A stretch of DNA of 64,000 nucleotides, filler included, from Sphacelaria rigidula (Eukaryota): the NCBI GenBank assembly GCA_964200075.2. It is 4 parts of 4 records of this genome, joined end to end, with 100 filler letters (N's around TTAATTAATTAA, not from the genome) between each part and the next. Parts side by side here need not be neighbours in the genome. Positions count along the whole stretch, not along the records: positions 48,309 to 64,000 come from CAXNAA020001643.1; 3 more parts are not named here. The stretch is one strand, 5' to 3'. Each line of letters starts with the position of its first letter. Position 1 is the stretch's first letter. Position numbers and translations under genes: made by a program. This document shows positions 49,761-63,876 of the stretch, piece after piece. Below the pieces are notes generated by a model. That model saw only the letters and a program-made list of their open reading frames with translations, did no database searches and had not been told where the DNA came from.

Positions 49761-50362
49761 TTGGACCTCTTCCGTGAACCAGCCTGTAAGTGTTCAGGAA
49801 TCTTCATATTGATCGGTCGAGTGTCACACGTGGACTGATTCCTGAGGAATCCAGCAGGGGTCACAAAGTAGACGTTAGTACAGTATTGGATACCGATGAA
49901 AGGTGAAGAAGTTTCGTCGAAGCCGAAAATGCAAACGCGGTGAGCGGGCGAGCCTCCCGGCTCCCCGCCCCCCACCGCCGCCGAGGTCACTTGTCATATG
50001 ATTATGGCGTGCAAGATCGTAAGTGAACCCCCCGCCCGCCGCTGCCGCCTGCTGGTGAAGGGGGCCCGCGGGATGCGCTCTCGGAGGCCAAAAATGTTGG
50101 AAAAATTTGGCTTCATTTCTCATGAAAAAATAGCTTCCGCCCACGACAACCTGTCCGGGTTTAAAACATAACAATGATCACTACTAGGGCCTTACCCATT
50201 AAGCTACGAGCAGATTTGCACATGAAAAAAACGAGCACAAGCAAAAGCAGATGCCAAAGAAACCGAACCACAGTTGCACCCCTACCCACACACACGCAAC
50301 ACCCCCCCGCCCGTCCTCCACCCGCGAAAATTCACCCCACACAAACACTGCATTTTTCATAC

Positions 50363-53300
50363 CTGCATGATGTGGTCACGTTCAGACTGGGCCTCAAAGT
50401 TGCTCCTCGTGAAATCAAGCGAGTTGATGAGAGCGTTGGTCGCCGCGCCTCGAATGATCGCAGGGCGGTCTTTTCGCATCCCGTCCACGATGCAGGTCAG
50501 GATCTGATCCGTTTGGGATTGATTCATGTCCTCCGGCTCCCACTGCCAATCCAACCAAACCAAGCCAAAACAAAGAGAGAGAGAGAGAGAGAGAGAGAAG
50601 ACAGCAGCACGGACCACAGAGGGATTGAATCGAGAGAGAGGAGAGAGAGAGAGGATACAGCGAGATGATGAAATAAAAAGAAACATAGGGAGAGACAGAG
50701 AGAGACAGTATGCCCGCGTTCGAAAATTCTTCAAACTGGTGTGCAAGCAAGAGATGAGAGTGGGTCGGCGTGTCTACACAAATCATGAGCACAGCACAGT
50801 AGGTGCAAGAGCTGTATATTTCGCTCACATTTACACGGTGCTATATCGAGAAGGTACGGTGTTTACAAATCCCGGGTGTCGCATAGCAAAGCCAACTTCT
50901 CGCAGGGGTGGTATTGAGGCAGGGTGATGAAACAGCCCAGCGCTGATATACACCGTAACCGACAGTAACATGCAGCGCTGATAATATACACCGTAATCAA
51001 ACAATTATTTTCAGTTTTCCCTGGAACCGAGTACAGCCAACACTGACTACGTATGATGGACAACACAGCACAATACAGGACAGCACAACTCACGCCCCAC
51101 ACCAGCAGAGCCCATAGACCACTCATTCACAGTCATTCATGGCGCTACTACCAACTGCCCGAGCCACGATAAAACTGAAACATGGCCCGTGTTCGGCGAG
51201 CCGGGGGGCATGAGGTGAACACGGCACGCATGCCCCGGACACCAAAGAATCAGTAACACTCACGTCGTCGCACATGTACCCCAGCGACTGCAGCGTGGCC
51301 ACCTTGACCTTGTCATCAACTTCCCCGGTAACGTTACTCAGCAGCGTAGGCAGCAGGTCGGGCCACTTATCCTGTATGCAGGAGAACCACAATGAGAAAA
51401 AACAAAAACAAAAAAGGCGTAAGGAAGTGTCGAGGGGGAGGGAGGGGTTGACGAGCATGCACACACGCATCACGTTGCAGGAGGTCTAGACAGAAAACAC
51501 TCGGGAGGTACACGAAATATAGGCGGGCCGCACACAACACCTATAGTGCTTTGCTTGAAAAGCCACGTTATCACATCTGCCCGGCACCCTGACTACGGTT
51601 GTCTATCGCACCTCGAGTCACAGAAGGTAGAGGAAGACGGACGGAGAGCGGGTAAAAACGAAGCAACACACTAAAACAAAGGAAGAAGATACGCACGAAA
51701 AGAGAGCAATAGGTATATATACACGAGAGAAGAAAAAAATGGGATGCGGCAGCATAGTACCCACACGTACGGCCCCCCTCACCTTAGGCAGCTCGATCGC
51801 CCCCAACTTTCCCACAATAAGCGCAGCTGTTGAACGAGGACCGGCTACAGGCGAGTGGAGCGTCTGCAACAGCACCACACCAAGATCAAAATAGGGTGGG
51901 GTGAACAGACCATGGGAATTGACACCGGGCAAGGCGGACGGTGAGGAGGGAAGAGGAGCGAATTGACGGCCGGTTCGTGACCATAAATGTTTTTACACAT
52001 ATGTGGTTAGTCTTCGAGTCCTGTGACCGCCAGGGCAGGGAACCTCTTCAATCGGGACCATTATTGTAAAAATGTGCTCTCTGACGGTCAAGGGGTTTCA
52101 CATAAAACAAGAATAAATACGCTTTTTGCAACCCCTCGACTTTCTGCAATGTCACACCCTAGACAAAAGATTCCGTTGTAAAAAAAAATACTGTGCACAG
52201 TATGGCATTATTTTTGTCTATTGCAATAGACGCAAAAGCCGATACTCTACGCTATACACTTTTCGACAATGGAATCTCTTGTCCAGGGTGTGCAATATTT
52301 CCATCTTTGTGCGAGAGGAAAGATACTAAAATTGTCTCCGATCAGTCCATTCACCCGACTTCCACGTAACGCTTCAGAAAGAGACCTTTTCAAACTCAAT
52401 TTTACGTGAATCTACGTGATGACTCGCGAGAAGAGATGGATGGATTTCATCTCATGCGCTGAGGGAGCAAGAGAGCCGGTGACATTTTGCGCACAATGTC
52501 AACCTCCATCTCGCTTGCCTCTCGAGACTCACACCATCAAGCATGCCTCTTGGGGATATATATTAGACAAAAAAGATACGTAACAACCTCAAAACAACGC
52601 ACGAAATATGAAAAAAGACGCGAACCTCCATCAGCCGATAGACCAAGGCACACGACACGATTGGAGCACTTCGTCCAAGGGAGTCAATCACAGAAGGGGG
52701 GGGGGATCTACTACCACGACCAAGGCCCAAGGCACCAAGATGACAAAACTTGGACCACGTTCGAAATTTCCACGCTTCGGACATATCATCGCCGATTCGA
52801 GTCATCAAATCCACGATTCTTCAGGCCTGATTCCTCTAAATGGATGAAAAAAAGTCGACCGATGGTCGAAAAGGTTACCGCGCAACTTTCGCGCCATCCC
52901 GCGTGCCTGGGCTGCGCGTAAATGTGGTGGAACGCTCAAAACGATTGATTCGTACGGCACGAATCAATCACACTAAAACCAAGTAATTTTCACACGGATC
53001 ATTTATTCGTCCGACCCGTGGAAATTTCCACGGCGTCATCGCAAACGGAAGAACAGAACTGTTGCACGACCAGGTCCCACTCGATCAAAATAACTTGAAA
53101 AAAATAAAACACATGAGCAGAGCATAACGAGACATTATTTCTGCGGTGACATGACATAATTCACGGTTTAATCAACAGTGCTTCTTCTTCTCCACCCCAC
53201 AAAAACAGCAGAACCAGCACGACCATGAGGGTGAGCGCAATATTTGAATATAATCTGTGAAAAACCAAGCTAACAGACTTTCACGCAGCATCTACATAAA

Positions 53301-56300
53301 GCTTATACAAACACACATATAATATACGTGTGTCCGTGCGAACCCGCGAGCAGAACGAAAAACACCACCTCCGTAGCGTCAATGTCCATTTATCTCTTGC
53401 GTCTTCCATCAATTATTGCGTAGCAAAACGAAAAACACCACCTCCGTAGCGTCAATGTCCATCTATCTCTGCCGCTCTCCCCCCCCGGCCCCCCCGAAAA
53501 ATCGCACAACACAACTACAAGAGAATCAAGACACCTGTAGCGTGCCAGCCTTGATCTGAGCCTTCGTGGCCTCGTCGAGCACTTCCCATTGCTGCAACTT
53601 GTGCGTCCGGATCGTCTCCTCCTCCGCACTCAGCTGAACCTTGATGTACAAACCCGCCTGCTGCCGGATTACCTCGCTCTGCTGCTCGTTCGCTAGCTCC
53701 ACCACCAAGGACAGCAGCAACTGGCCCTGCAAATCCAAGCGGCGTTACAACGGCAACAGGTTTATGGGGTGTACAGGGTGCGGGGGCGCGCGCGCGAAAA
53801 ATTCGATCCGAGTGAGTGGCCCCATTTCGTAAAGTGGTGCAGCACCGGAAACAAGGACAAGCGAGCTCCAAGAGACGAGGCCGCTGCGACGCAACAATTG
53901 AGTCAGTATTTCCCTTATGTAAGCTCCCAACTGCAGCATACTTGGCCGTTGCAGCACAAAAAAAGTCAGAGATGAACATTACCGCAGAACCACAAATGAC
54001 GTCACCAACAAAAAAAGTCGCGAGGACAACTTACTCCGATAACCATCCATAACTCCCATGGAAAATGACATGCTATAGACGACAGTGGATTGTCTGGTAC
54101 TGATCATCTCCCGCTTGCCCTAGTCCCTACACCCCCTCTACTCACGCAAGATCGCGAGTACACCCCCTCTCTCACTTCAGTACGCCACCACTCATCCTGA
54201 AGGGTCTACAGGGGTTCCGAGAAGGAGTCCGTCTTGGTTGCAGGTCATGTGGTCATTATTCTTCGTAGTTTAGCATTTCGGCGCAGGATTACACGTACAC
54301 TGGGAAAATAAATGAACGAGAATGTGTTTGGAATATGACCAAATATATACTCCGGTATAATGGGCACTTTGGCGAGAAACGACTGTGGGTTTGATAACCG
54401 ACAGGCGGTAACGGGCATCTTTGACGAAACGGCCGTAACGATCGCGCCGCCAGTACATGTCACCCGCGACGCAGGTTCGAAGATTCGCCGAGGTTGTCAA
54501 GGGATCAAGTGGTTTACAACATTTGCACGCCTGGTTGATTTCATTGAGGGAGGGGGAAATGGAGGAGTAAGTTTCAAGTGTGTAGTCGATCCGACTCGCC
54601 TTCACCGTCAACAAAAAATTCGAGGCATGTGACATTCGTCAGCCGCTAATCAAGTGCGGTCAAATAACGTGTGCGGGAGCGCGGGCGGGGCGGTGGATTT
54701 TTTCGACCGGCATCACATCAGTTTTCTTCTCGTCACCTCATCAGTGCGTCAAACCTTTGTGGAGCGCTTCATTGCGATCGAGTAGTCGATCCGTAAGATA
54801 CAAATTTCCGTCTAGACGGCTTGGTATGGGTTTTTTTGTGTCTGCTGACAGCACGAGTTGACACTTTCGCGTGTTCTCGAAGGATGGTGGCCTTTGCTGA
54901 TCGCATAAAAAGGCAACAGCATGGGGCATCGAAAGGTAGGACGAGATCCTGAGACGAGATTTGAAGATAAACAACGTTTTAGATAGCCGATGCGCATGCA
55001 GCACCCCAGGGTAATGGTTTACCCCCTCTCGTGTATCGTAATTATCATGTGTTCGTGCGTTGAAATAGTTCACACGTCCACCGACAACGACTCTGAGTCG
55101 GACGACGCGACCTTTGTTCGCCATTTCCAAATTCAGTCGTAGGAATCGACTATGAGTCGTTACCATTTCCAACTTGTTCTTCCAAGTCGACTCCGACTCG
55201 CCCCTGATTCCTTAAATTCAGTCACGAGGATTGTAAAACACGACCAATGATTCGTTGGAAGCGGGAGACATTGTTGACCACCCGTGGACAAGCCTCCATG
55301 ATCGTTGAGTTTTTTGGGCTCCAAGAGAAATCAACGAGAGCGGTATAATAGTCCACTTGACAGGTTTCACTCCCGTCATGCACAAAGCATTGCAATGGTG
55401 TAACGTCTTGGTTTCTCTGGGAGTACGCACTTGGGGGGGGGGGGGAAGCTTCGAGAACGGGTTTGCAAAGCACTCCACCAAAGGAGCCTGCGGTATTTCT
55501 TCTAGTGACTTCGTCTAAAAGCAAATGGTTTCAAATCATGTAGGCTGACCCGATGTTGTGACACCTTTACTATATCTCTCCCCGTAATCTTGTATTTGTG
55601 ACTGCCTACGAATTCACCACGTATTTTCTGAGAAATTTGTCTTGACCAGGGGGGGGGGGGGTAATTTTTCTACTAAACTGCCCTTGAGACTTGCTTGCAA
55701 GTATGATCGCCAGAACCAGCAAAATGTTACCACGTTTCTGTCAAGGCTTGTCTAGCTTCATCGACGCCTCAACCACTTATTTGTGGTAAAGGAACAGCGC
55801 CCGTGTACGGTGTGAGCAAAGAAATAGTCGCCATTGATACACGTCTTCTTTCCTGACCCTCTCGTGTAGATGTTCAAGAATCAACCACAATGAACCCTTC
55901 ATTTCTTGAGGAAAATGGTCGGGGCAGGGAGGAGGCTGTAGTGCCTGAGAAAACGAGACAGAACCTCACCCTCCCTCACATGCTGGATTCCTCTTCCCCT
56001 TACACAAAACCTTCGACCCTTCGACTTCAAAGTGTTGATTCGGATTTGACAAGTGCGGGAGAAGATGCACGATAATCAATCCCGGTCAACCCCTCCCCGT
56101 ACTCGGGAAATGAGTAAATGAGTACGCCCCCCCCTCCCCCGTACTCGGGACCAGATCAATGCCGTGAGCTATCAACTCATCTCTCCCCCGGTACCTGCCC
56201 TTCCCTTCCCGTATCAAGGACAGGGTCAGCATTCTCGCATCTCAGCGACCATCGTTCACGTCTCTTGTAACTCACGTCTTCACCCGTCTCACCACAGTAA

Positions 56301-59300
56301 CTAGATTCTACTCGGAAAAAAAAACATCTATCGAGGTTTGAACTCGCGAATTTTCGCTCTGGCAGGCAGCCAGACCGCCGGTGTCGCGCCGATTGTTCGA
56401 GACTTGATGTCACCATGCCGATGTTCCTGACCCCGGTATCTTTCTCGTCATAGAACTGACGTCTTCGGCGCCGAATACCATCCATCGCCCCTGAGTCCAC
56501 CCCCGCTTGTACGCGGAAGAAACTAGGAGAACTTTTGTCACAAGGCCGGCTGCAACGTGGCCGTGAGAAACGTGCGTTTGTATCAAGGACAGAATAGAAG
56601 CACATCCTGGCCTGTTACATGCTGCGGGGTGCTGACCACTACAGTATAACACCTGGAACCCTTTGCTGGTCGCTACACAGAAGATACTTTCAAGAAAAAC
56701 CGGAATCGATACCTCCGGCAATCAGACAACACCCGCATGAAGGTACGCCCAGCATCATAGTTATTCGTATATAATCCGCGGGTAGTAGCATACTGCCGCC
56801 TCGGTACAGAAATACAGCAACAGTGATCACGTCAGCTGTGTGTCCCGCCACGCATGTGCGAAGATGTCAGCGTGCACAGCACCGTTATGCATTACCACAG
56901 AACGACGAACACCCAACCTCCTCGCAGACTGCTGCACGCACACTTGGCCATTTTTATCCATTGCATTACTCAATACTTTTACCAAGCGATCATGTCGTTT
57001 CGGCGTCCATATCGTCTACAAAATCAACCCGCAACTTGTGGGACTGTCAACGCAAAAAAAACTCCGAGCAAAAAGCATGTGTATTTGAAGGATCAACCCC
57101 TTGACTGCGGAGATGTTGGGACGTCAACAGGAGTAGCATTCCATGTTGAAGTTCAGCAGAAAAACCATCACAGAAGCGTGACCGGACGCCCCGGTGGCTC
57201 AGTTGGTAACCTCGTAACCTTCTGATGGTTGAGTAGGGGGTTCAATTCCCGGAGCGATCTGGAATCTTTTCTCACACCATGCCCAACAGTGTAGAGTGAT
57301 TGTATCGTGGGTACACTAAATTCGACATAACAGTCGACGAGGAAAAGGGACTGCTGAACCCCTCTAGCGATAAAAAAATAAAAAGGCAACTACCGCAGAG
57401 GGAACGTGGGTTATTAAAAGAAAGAAAAAAAGAAAAAGCTCTTGTGTTGACCTTCCTTCTGTGTGACTCCGGCTGATACGCCCACATATACCGAACGGTG
57501 TAGACTGGTGCCCAGAATAAATGGGATGACAACACACACACAACAATAGCGTGCGTGGACTCGATTTGACATCTCCACAGCCAAACGGTTAAACCCCTTG
57601 ACCGCCACGGTGGGTCATCTGAGCCATTATTTGTCATTCTTCGGGCGAAAAAATATACCCACGATTTCAGAGATGGTCCAACCTGGCGGTCAAAGGGTTA
57701 ACTTTCGCGTTTTGTAGGACATAAGCCCAGTGGTGAGGCATGACGCGCGGTTTGCATGTACTTTGGATCAACGCCGCAGCCGCCTTGTAAGAACAGACCG
57801 TGTAATGTGGCTTGGGGCACTTGAGGTGCCGCTCGCGCTTCTAGGAATATCTCCCGCGTAGCGAGCACGGCATTCAACCTCCAATGCCCAACAGTCTGCC
57901 TCACGTCGGTCAGCCGCAAGACATGCGCTCAGCAACAAAAGAGAACTGCTGTTATTGGACTGTACTACTGTACCGCGCACGGGCCCACATGACACTACAT
58001 ACCCCTGCTACAGACCTTTGGCAGGACTCCCCTGTGATCTACTCACGAGGCCATGCCCTCGCACATAATGGAGAGTTTCGGAAAACATTTTTCCCATCTT
58101 GACAGTCAGAGTGGAATGGAAAGTAGCCGGTAACGGTGCGCATACCACTCTGATTTTTTTCTTCAGAGCGATTTTTTCAGAGTGAGAGTGCCGTTTGCAC
58201 CACTTCACTTTGAAAACCGTTGTTGCTCTTCGGAGTTCGTAGCGGAATGAAAAAGAAACACGCCCACCTTCACCACCATGATCACGTCCGGTCCAAAGTC
58301 ATTACACCCCGACAAGCAAAGTGGGGCATTCATCATCCATCAAAACTGCCATGCTCATCACAATGAGCCATTCACGAAGTAGAAAAGCTTGGCATCGCAA
58401 TCTGAAGACCTCCCTGACGCTGCCATGGTATCAGCATTCGCTTGGTTGTGTTGCGTGAATATTAAAATACTCGGCGGGTATACGTTGCCTTGGGTGCAGT
58501 TCCTCACTCTTGCCAGCTTCAGCTGGAAGACGGTGGGAACGATTCGTAGTCTACAGCGCACAAGCGGTACTACACCTGGCTGTATTCCCATCCCGTGAGA
58601 GATCATGACGTCTTGCACTACCGTTATGGGTGGCATGTGGGAAAATCATCGCAATGCGGCCGAGGTCTGCCGTTTGAAAGTGCTACGTACCGTACTGTCT
58701 GTACTACTCATTGTACAACTGACCATCTGTACGGTATCGCTGTACAGAACTTCACCGCATCGCAATGCACTGTTGTAGGGTTTCGTATTGCACTCCCTGT
58801 ACTGCACTGTACTCCATGCTGCACGGCACTACAGCACTACAGTGTCCTGTAGTGCGCCGTAGTGGATTGAAGTACTGCAGATGCAGTGAAAAAGCGTAGT
58901 GTACGGTGCGTACGATGCCGCAGTGTACGGTACAGTCAGTGTTGTGCCAAACTATTGACTTTCAAACTGGACGCTGGTCGATCATGCATTTGGCAGGGCA
59001 ACCTGCGGCCGATCACTGCGACAACAAAAAAATCACTTCAAGCCACGTCAGATCAGCTTCCGCTACGAACTGTTCAACGTCCACTGTGAAGTTTCGAAGC
59101 TTCTACTCTCCACTCTGACTATGAAAAAAACGAACATCTTCCGAAACTCTATAATGACCAACGAGCGGCTACACTGGCATTCGGCACCACGGCCGGGCAT
59201 GTGTGACGCAGGGCGTAAGCTGTGTCTCTTTCGCTTGGTCCCTGCGTCATCGCCAACCGTCAATATGTGCCTTACTCTCCTGCCGAGCCAATGGTTGATG

Positions 59301-61457
59301 TAGAATTATCTTAGTTCCTAGTATGGGCCTCGGTGATCTAATGGCACACCATTAGGGGCGGGGGGTGGAGGGGGGCATGGATTCTATTCCCGCGAGATGC
59401 TTTCTATTTGGCATTTTTTCTCACAAACATCTGATTTCCGTCGTTCGAAACGAGAGGATGTGGGTAGAAAAAAGCGTTTTTTCTAGGCTGAGAATGACAT
59501 ATAACAGCCGGTGCAGTACGGGGGAGTCATGTTACGATAGGGGGGGGGGGGGTATTTTGGGCCGTTTTTTCCCACGAAATTCCACTCAACCCTTAGACGG
59601 TGACAGTAGGCCATCTGTTGAATCGGCATCAAATTCACTTGAAAAAAGTATCCATGATCCAGATAAGACTACCCTCGCGGTGAAAGGGTTAACTCGCCAT
59701 TTAAAGTAGCCAATAATTGTTCGAACGCGCTTGCTCCCGATAAATGACGCTCACTCATATTGCTTTACACCGCTTTCACCCAAATAGAAGCGCACCACGA
59801 GTGTTTCAAGTCGATCGACGCATCCATGAGGACCATTTTTCGTGGAATCCAACACCCCCCCGCCCCCCTATGGTGGCATGACTCGGGAGTCCTGCTCCAA
59901 CCCGCGATACCAAAGTGAGAAGCGTAGACCGGGGGGAAGATGAGTTACTACTCCCTTGAGACCATGGACTCACCCCGGGAAAGGGAAGGAGTTGGGAGTG
60001 AGAACGTCAAAAAAAGTTACGCGTATATCACATCATTTGAAAAACATCGAGGAGACCTGCCTCTAAAAAATTGTTCCGCGAGCCTGTCAGCTGAAAATAA
60101 ATGCAGTGGAAGGAGGCTTGAGACGAAAAGGAGGCTCGAGAGCGAAAGGGGTGAAGCCACGTGCTCCGCTAACCGCAACCAGCACGATCATTCCGCTCTC
60201 CCGCCGTGTGCGCACCCCCCTTGCGGGTGAAGAACGCATGAAACCACACTTTAATATTGTGGATAATAACCACCACTCATAGAAGTATACTCGTTTCAAA
60301 CAGGAGATTCGCCGGTCCTCTCCAGTGCCGGGAATGGGTTTACTGTTGTTGTCCCCGCAACAACTCGACGAGAACACCAAGAGACGTTGGTGAAAGTAAT
60401 AGCTTTTGTGGGTGCCATTTTATGAGAAACGTTGGTCTACTGGCGCGACACACGGTGCGCAGGGTGAAGTTGGACATATCAAACACATTGTGTACTGCTA
60501 TACATGTGAGCAAAGGGTGAAAGCGTGTTCACTTACTGTTGTTGTACTAGCTTGTCTTGTCGAGCAAGGAGGCTCGCGAAAAAAATAATAACAGAAGACA
60601 ATATATTTCTCTCTCTCTCTCGTTCTCTCCCCTCACCATATTTGTGTTGCCCGCCAGTTCAAGGGCATCCTCTGCCTGCTTCCGGGTAGCATGGTCTGCA
60701 CACGCACGAGCAGCAGAGGTCACACGGGCGGAGCAAATTGAGGCGTGATATACCGTCAGCAGGGCATACTATAATGAAGTGCATTCGGTCGTTGCCGACA
60801 GCTCGTACATTCCAAGTGGTCCTGTTTTGTACTACCGTACGGATTAGGGTAGTAGCTAGCTACAGGGGAAAGGGCAGTAGTACTGTACAACCCGATGAGT
60901 ATGCCGCACTGCGCCACAGTACTTTTCAGTTTGCACGTTTATACACAGACGACATGTTCACAGGCAGTCGGCGGGGGTCGTCTGGGTAACGATGGCTTTC
61001 GTTGGACCAAACGAAACAAAACAGGGGAGGGGACGGGTTTGCTCGTGTTCCCCTTAGCTAGAGCAATCAACCTACGGCGTGTTTTGTTCCATTTGGACAC
61101 TGCGGATGACCACTCAGGGAGCAAGGTCACCATTGCCGTGGCGATTGGCATCATCATCACCATCATCGCCATCATCGCCATCATCGCCATCATCATCATG
61201 TCTAGGGAGCTGCAGTTTGTCAGACAGGGGGCTTTAAACAACTGCGCAACGTGTGGACCGTCTGTCTTTTGAGGCATAGAAAGGTCTCTAGACAACTAAT
61301 CTCGAAGAAATACAGGTACCATGGCGGAACAAGCATGCGACCTTCAAGTACCTCCAAACAAACTCGGAGCACAAAACCAACCTGGCAGGGAAATAAGCAG
61401 TTGCAACGCGAGCTTACCGGGGTTCTGGCAGTTGCCGAGTAACGTCACGAGGTCCAT
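50363..61457 (-). CDS. KPNB1: Importin subunit beta-1 (karyopherin beta), first six exons; 3' part absent from this contig
   Basis: Phase-consistent GT-AG exons 61457-61418 (MDLVTLLGNCQNP), 60695-60637 (DHATRKQAEDALELAGNTNM), 53726-53535 (GQLLLSLVVELANE...IRQQAGLYIK...QQWEVLDEATKAQIK), 51863-51783 (STAALIVGKLGAIELPK), 51371-51264 (WPDLLPTL...ATLQSLGYMCDD), 50542-50363 (QILTCIVDGMRK...ALINSLDFTRSNFEAQSERDHIMQ). These match the IBN_N and HEAT repeats typical of importin beta. Confidence 0.93.
50574..50710. repeat. (GA)n microsatellite cluster
   Basis: AGAGAG runs at 50574-50598 and 50632-50653. Confidence 0.85.
53355..53462. repeat. 36-bp direct repeat AACGAAAAACACCACCTCCGTAGCGTCAATGTCCAT, two copies
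   Basis: Identical copies about 72 bp apart in the intron. Confidence 0.85.
57181..57547 (+). mobile_element. tRNA-derived SINE-like element, full-length copy
   Basis: A box GGTGGCTCAGTTGG, B box GGTTCAATTCC, CA-rich tail, candidate TSD AGCGTG (57175-57180 / 57548-57553). Confidence 0.8.
57594..57697. mobile_element. piggyBac-like MITE (~104 bp)
   Basis: TIRs CCCCTTGACCGCCA...TGGCGGTCAAAGGG flanked by TAAA / TTAA. Confidence 0.7.
59590..59688. mobile_element. piggyBac-like MITE (~99 bp)
   Basis: CCCTTAGACGGTGACAGTAGGCCATCTG...CAGATAAGACTACCCTCGCGGTGAAAGGG flanked by TCAA / TTAA. Confidence 0.6.
61149..61200. repeat. (CAT/CATCATCGC)n microsatellite in importin-beta intron 1
   Basis: Direct read of the sequence. 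Confidence 0.85.
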
Positions 61458-63528
61458 GGTATATATATACTGTTCCCCCCTTTGCTCTGGCTTTCTGTCT
61501 CCCAACGGACGGACCGTGTGGTGCCTGTTTTGCGCACCCCCTTTCAAGCTGGTGCTGTGTTTTCTGTCACACGTTGTGCTTGTGCGTGTTTTTCTTTCTC
61601 TCTTCTCGCCAGCACAAAAACACGTCCCTCACTTTGAAGTCCAGACACCTATGCTTTGCTTGTGCCTTGGCTCTATGCAACTGTCGAGACTAAACAAGAG
61701 CAGCCTTGCAAGGTCGACAGCCGATACGGGACTTTGGGGGTATTGTAGCGGAGATGCTGAGCCGTGTTTTTCGGGAGGTAATGCAACGACTGAAAATGAC
61801 CATACAATGGCAGAAGTGTACTAAATCATGGTTTGGTATGCGTAGCATATCAAGATTTCGAAATCCATGACAGTGATGGACATCCGAGAACCTCGGCTTG
61901 ATCAACCCTAAACCCTTCACAACCCACGATCGGCAGTCGATACATTCAGTCTTCCTTTTCTTGGACATGTAAGGCCCAAGAATCTGCGTCCTGATGTAGA
62001 AGTATGAGTCAAAATTCACCCTGGAAAGACGATCGAAAGTTTGTTTCTGCTCTACCGACACCTTACTAAATAGAGTAGGTAAAATGGAATGCGGGCACTT
62101 GGGGGGGTGGAGGGGGGAAGGGGGGGAGTTGTCCCACATCGTAGCACGCACATCACTGCAAAACTTACCACGCAACTAGGTGACAGTAGCACACAATAGG
62201 CCTCTCTCGGTGGAATTTTCGCACTCTGAAGGGTGCTGTTTTTCCTATTCAACACTTTGACTCTCTAACCACTCCTGCTGGCTGTCAAGGCGGTGCATCT
62301 ACTCGTACTATTATTCACGCATTTATAGCGCCAATAATATCGCCAGTGCACACATTTATGTCGCAAATACCAGGGCACGGTGTGCATACACGTACGGCAG
62401 GGTTATCTCGGGGTCGCCAACATCAGCATCGTGATATAAGCTCATAGGTATCAGTCCGTCCGTGATCTATTTTTCTTGGGAACAGAAACCAGGATCTGCC
62501 CACTGTGGACGACGTCAACGACAGCGGTGTCGACTTCCCATATAAGGGAAAATAATTTGAAAAATGATCAAGGCCCATGTTTTCCCATACAATGGTCACC
62601 GTTTAACGAACAGATGTGAAAGCAGGGCTGTACCACCAGCAAGTTTAGTTGAGTGCGAACACGTTTCAGATTTGCAAACATCACGGCCTACAGGGGCACA
62701 TATCCGCATATTACGTACGGCGGAGCATCGCATTGTAGTGCGGTATGGGAGCAGAATTGAGCAATTTGATAGGTACCCGAAGGCATGCGCTATTATTGCT
62801 CCCACTACAGGAACGCCGAACCCCCTTGGCCGTACAACGTGTGAATGGAAATATATATATGATATCGACGTGAAACAAACGAAACTTCACCAAGCAACGC
62901 AAAACTAGTCTAAACACGCGTGAATCGAACGTGAGCTCTTTTTTTTTTTTTTTGTCTCACTTCTTCTAACTCCTCCCCTTCCTCGGGGCGAGTCTGTGGT
63001 CTCAAGAGATTTACCCATCTCTTTCCCGGTGCACCTCACAACTTGGCATTGCAGATTGGATCAGCACTCCCGCACCGCGTCGACTGTCGTCTGACAAATT
63101 AAACCTAACGGGTTATTTTTGCTACTCGCGCCCTTACGCTTTCAACGACCGGAATCAGATACTTCTGGGGGGGAGCCAAACTGGACGCATCTGGCGGGTA
63201 CTGAACCGCGTAATTCTGAAACAATACCTCACTTCCTGTGCGTGGTAAGCAAGGTATCCCAACGAAGGTGGCACATTGCGTTCGGCCGCACGCCATGGCA
63301 TCATGGTGCTGATAAAAACATCAAGACACCACGACCATTTTGCGTGCGTGCACGGGGAGCAAGGCGCCTCCTTGCTGAGCTCCACAACGGCGATACCTTA
63401 CAGAACCGCCTGCAGCAGACCGTACACATACATGCGACGATTGCTCAAGGTGGCGCACCATGTTCCCCTCCAACATCCACCCTCCCCTCCGCCACCGGAT
63501 ATATTGTGTGCCTTAAACTCCCTGATAC

Positions 63529-63876
63529 TTGGAAACCGTAGTATATGCCCAACATGCTGACTACGCAACTCACGAGCTGCACGCAAACTGTAACATTGGA
63601 CGGGATGTAATAATTCTCATCATTTACCACGAGGACTTCAATTATAACGGCTATATGCAACCAAGTGATGACAGCGCTGAGCACCCCCCAGCATGTGTAG
63701 GTCACCCTGTGTTTGCTGCAGCAAGCCACCACAGACGCCATTGGTATCCCGAAGGAAAATGCCGCTAGAAAGCCGTATGTCGAGGTACTAATAATAGATC
63801 CCACTCCCTCCACAATGATTTGAGAAATTGCGACTTTACGAGCCATTATCATCACCTCGGGATCATCCACGGTTAT
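63529..63876 (-). CDS. Internal exon of an unknown multi-pass membrane protein
   Basis: 348 bp, phase 0-0, tgcag| ... |gtatca; 116 aa with three to four hydrophobic segments. Confidence 0.6.

Noticed and set aside
12520-50363. Importin-beta/myotubularin fusion or one giant TE-filled intron
   Set aside because: The two partial genes lie on different concatenated contigs
54741-55172. 143-aa ORF in importin-beta intron 2
   Set aside because: No recognisable motif or splice context; the flanking exons join in phase without it
57189-57260. Possible tRNA gene (also at 1539 and 48309)
   Set aside because: A/B boxes are present but there is no convincing acceptor stem or cloverleaf, and it continues into a shared repeat body, so it is a SINE head
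58280-58640. SLHPDK motif suggesting a DnaJ domain or nested gene
   Set aside because: No surrounding J-domain helices and in-frame stops nearby; likely chance
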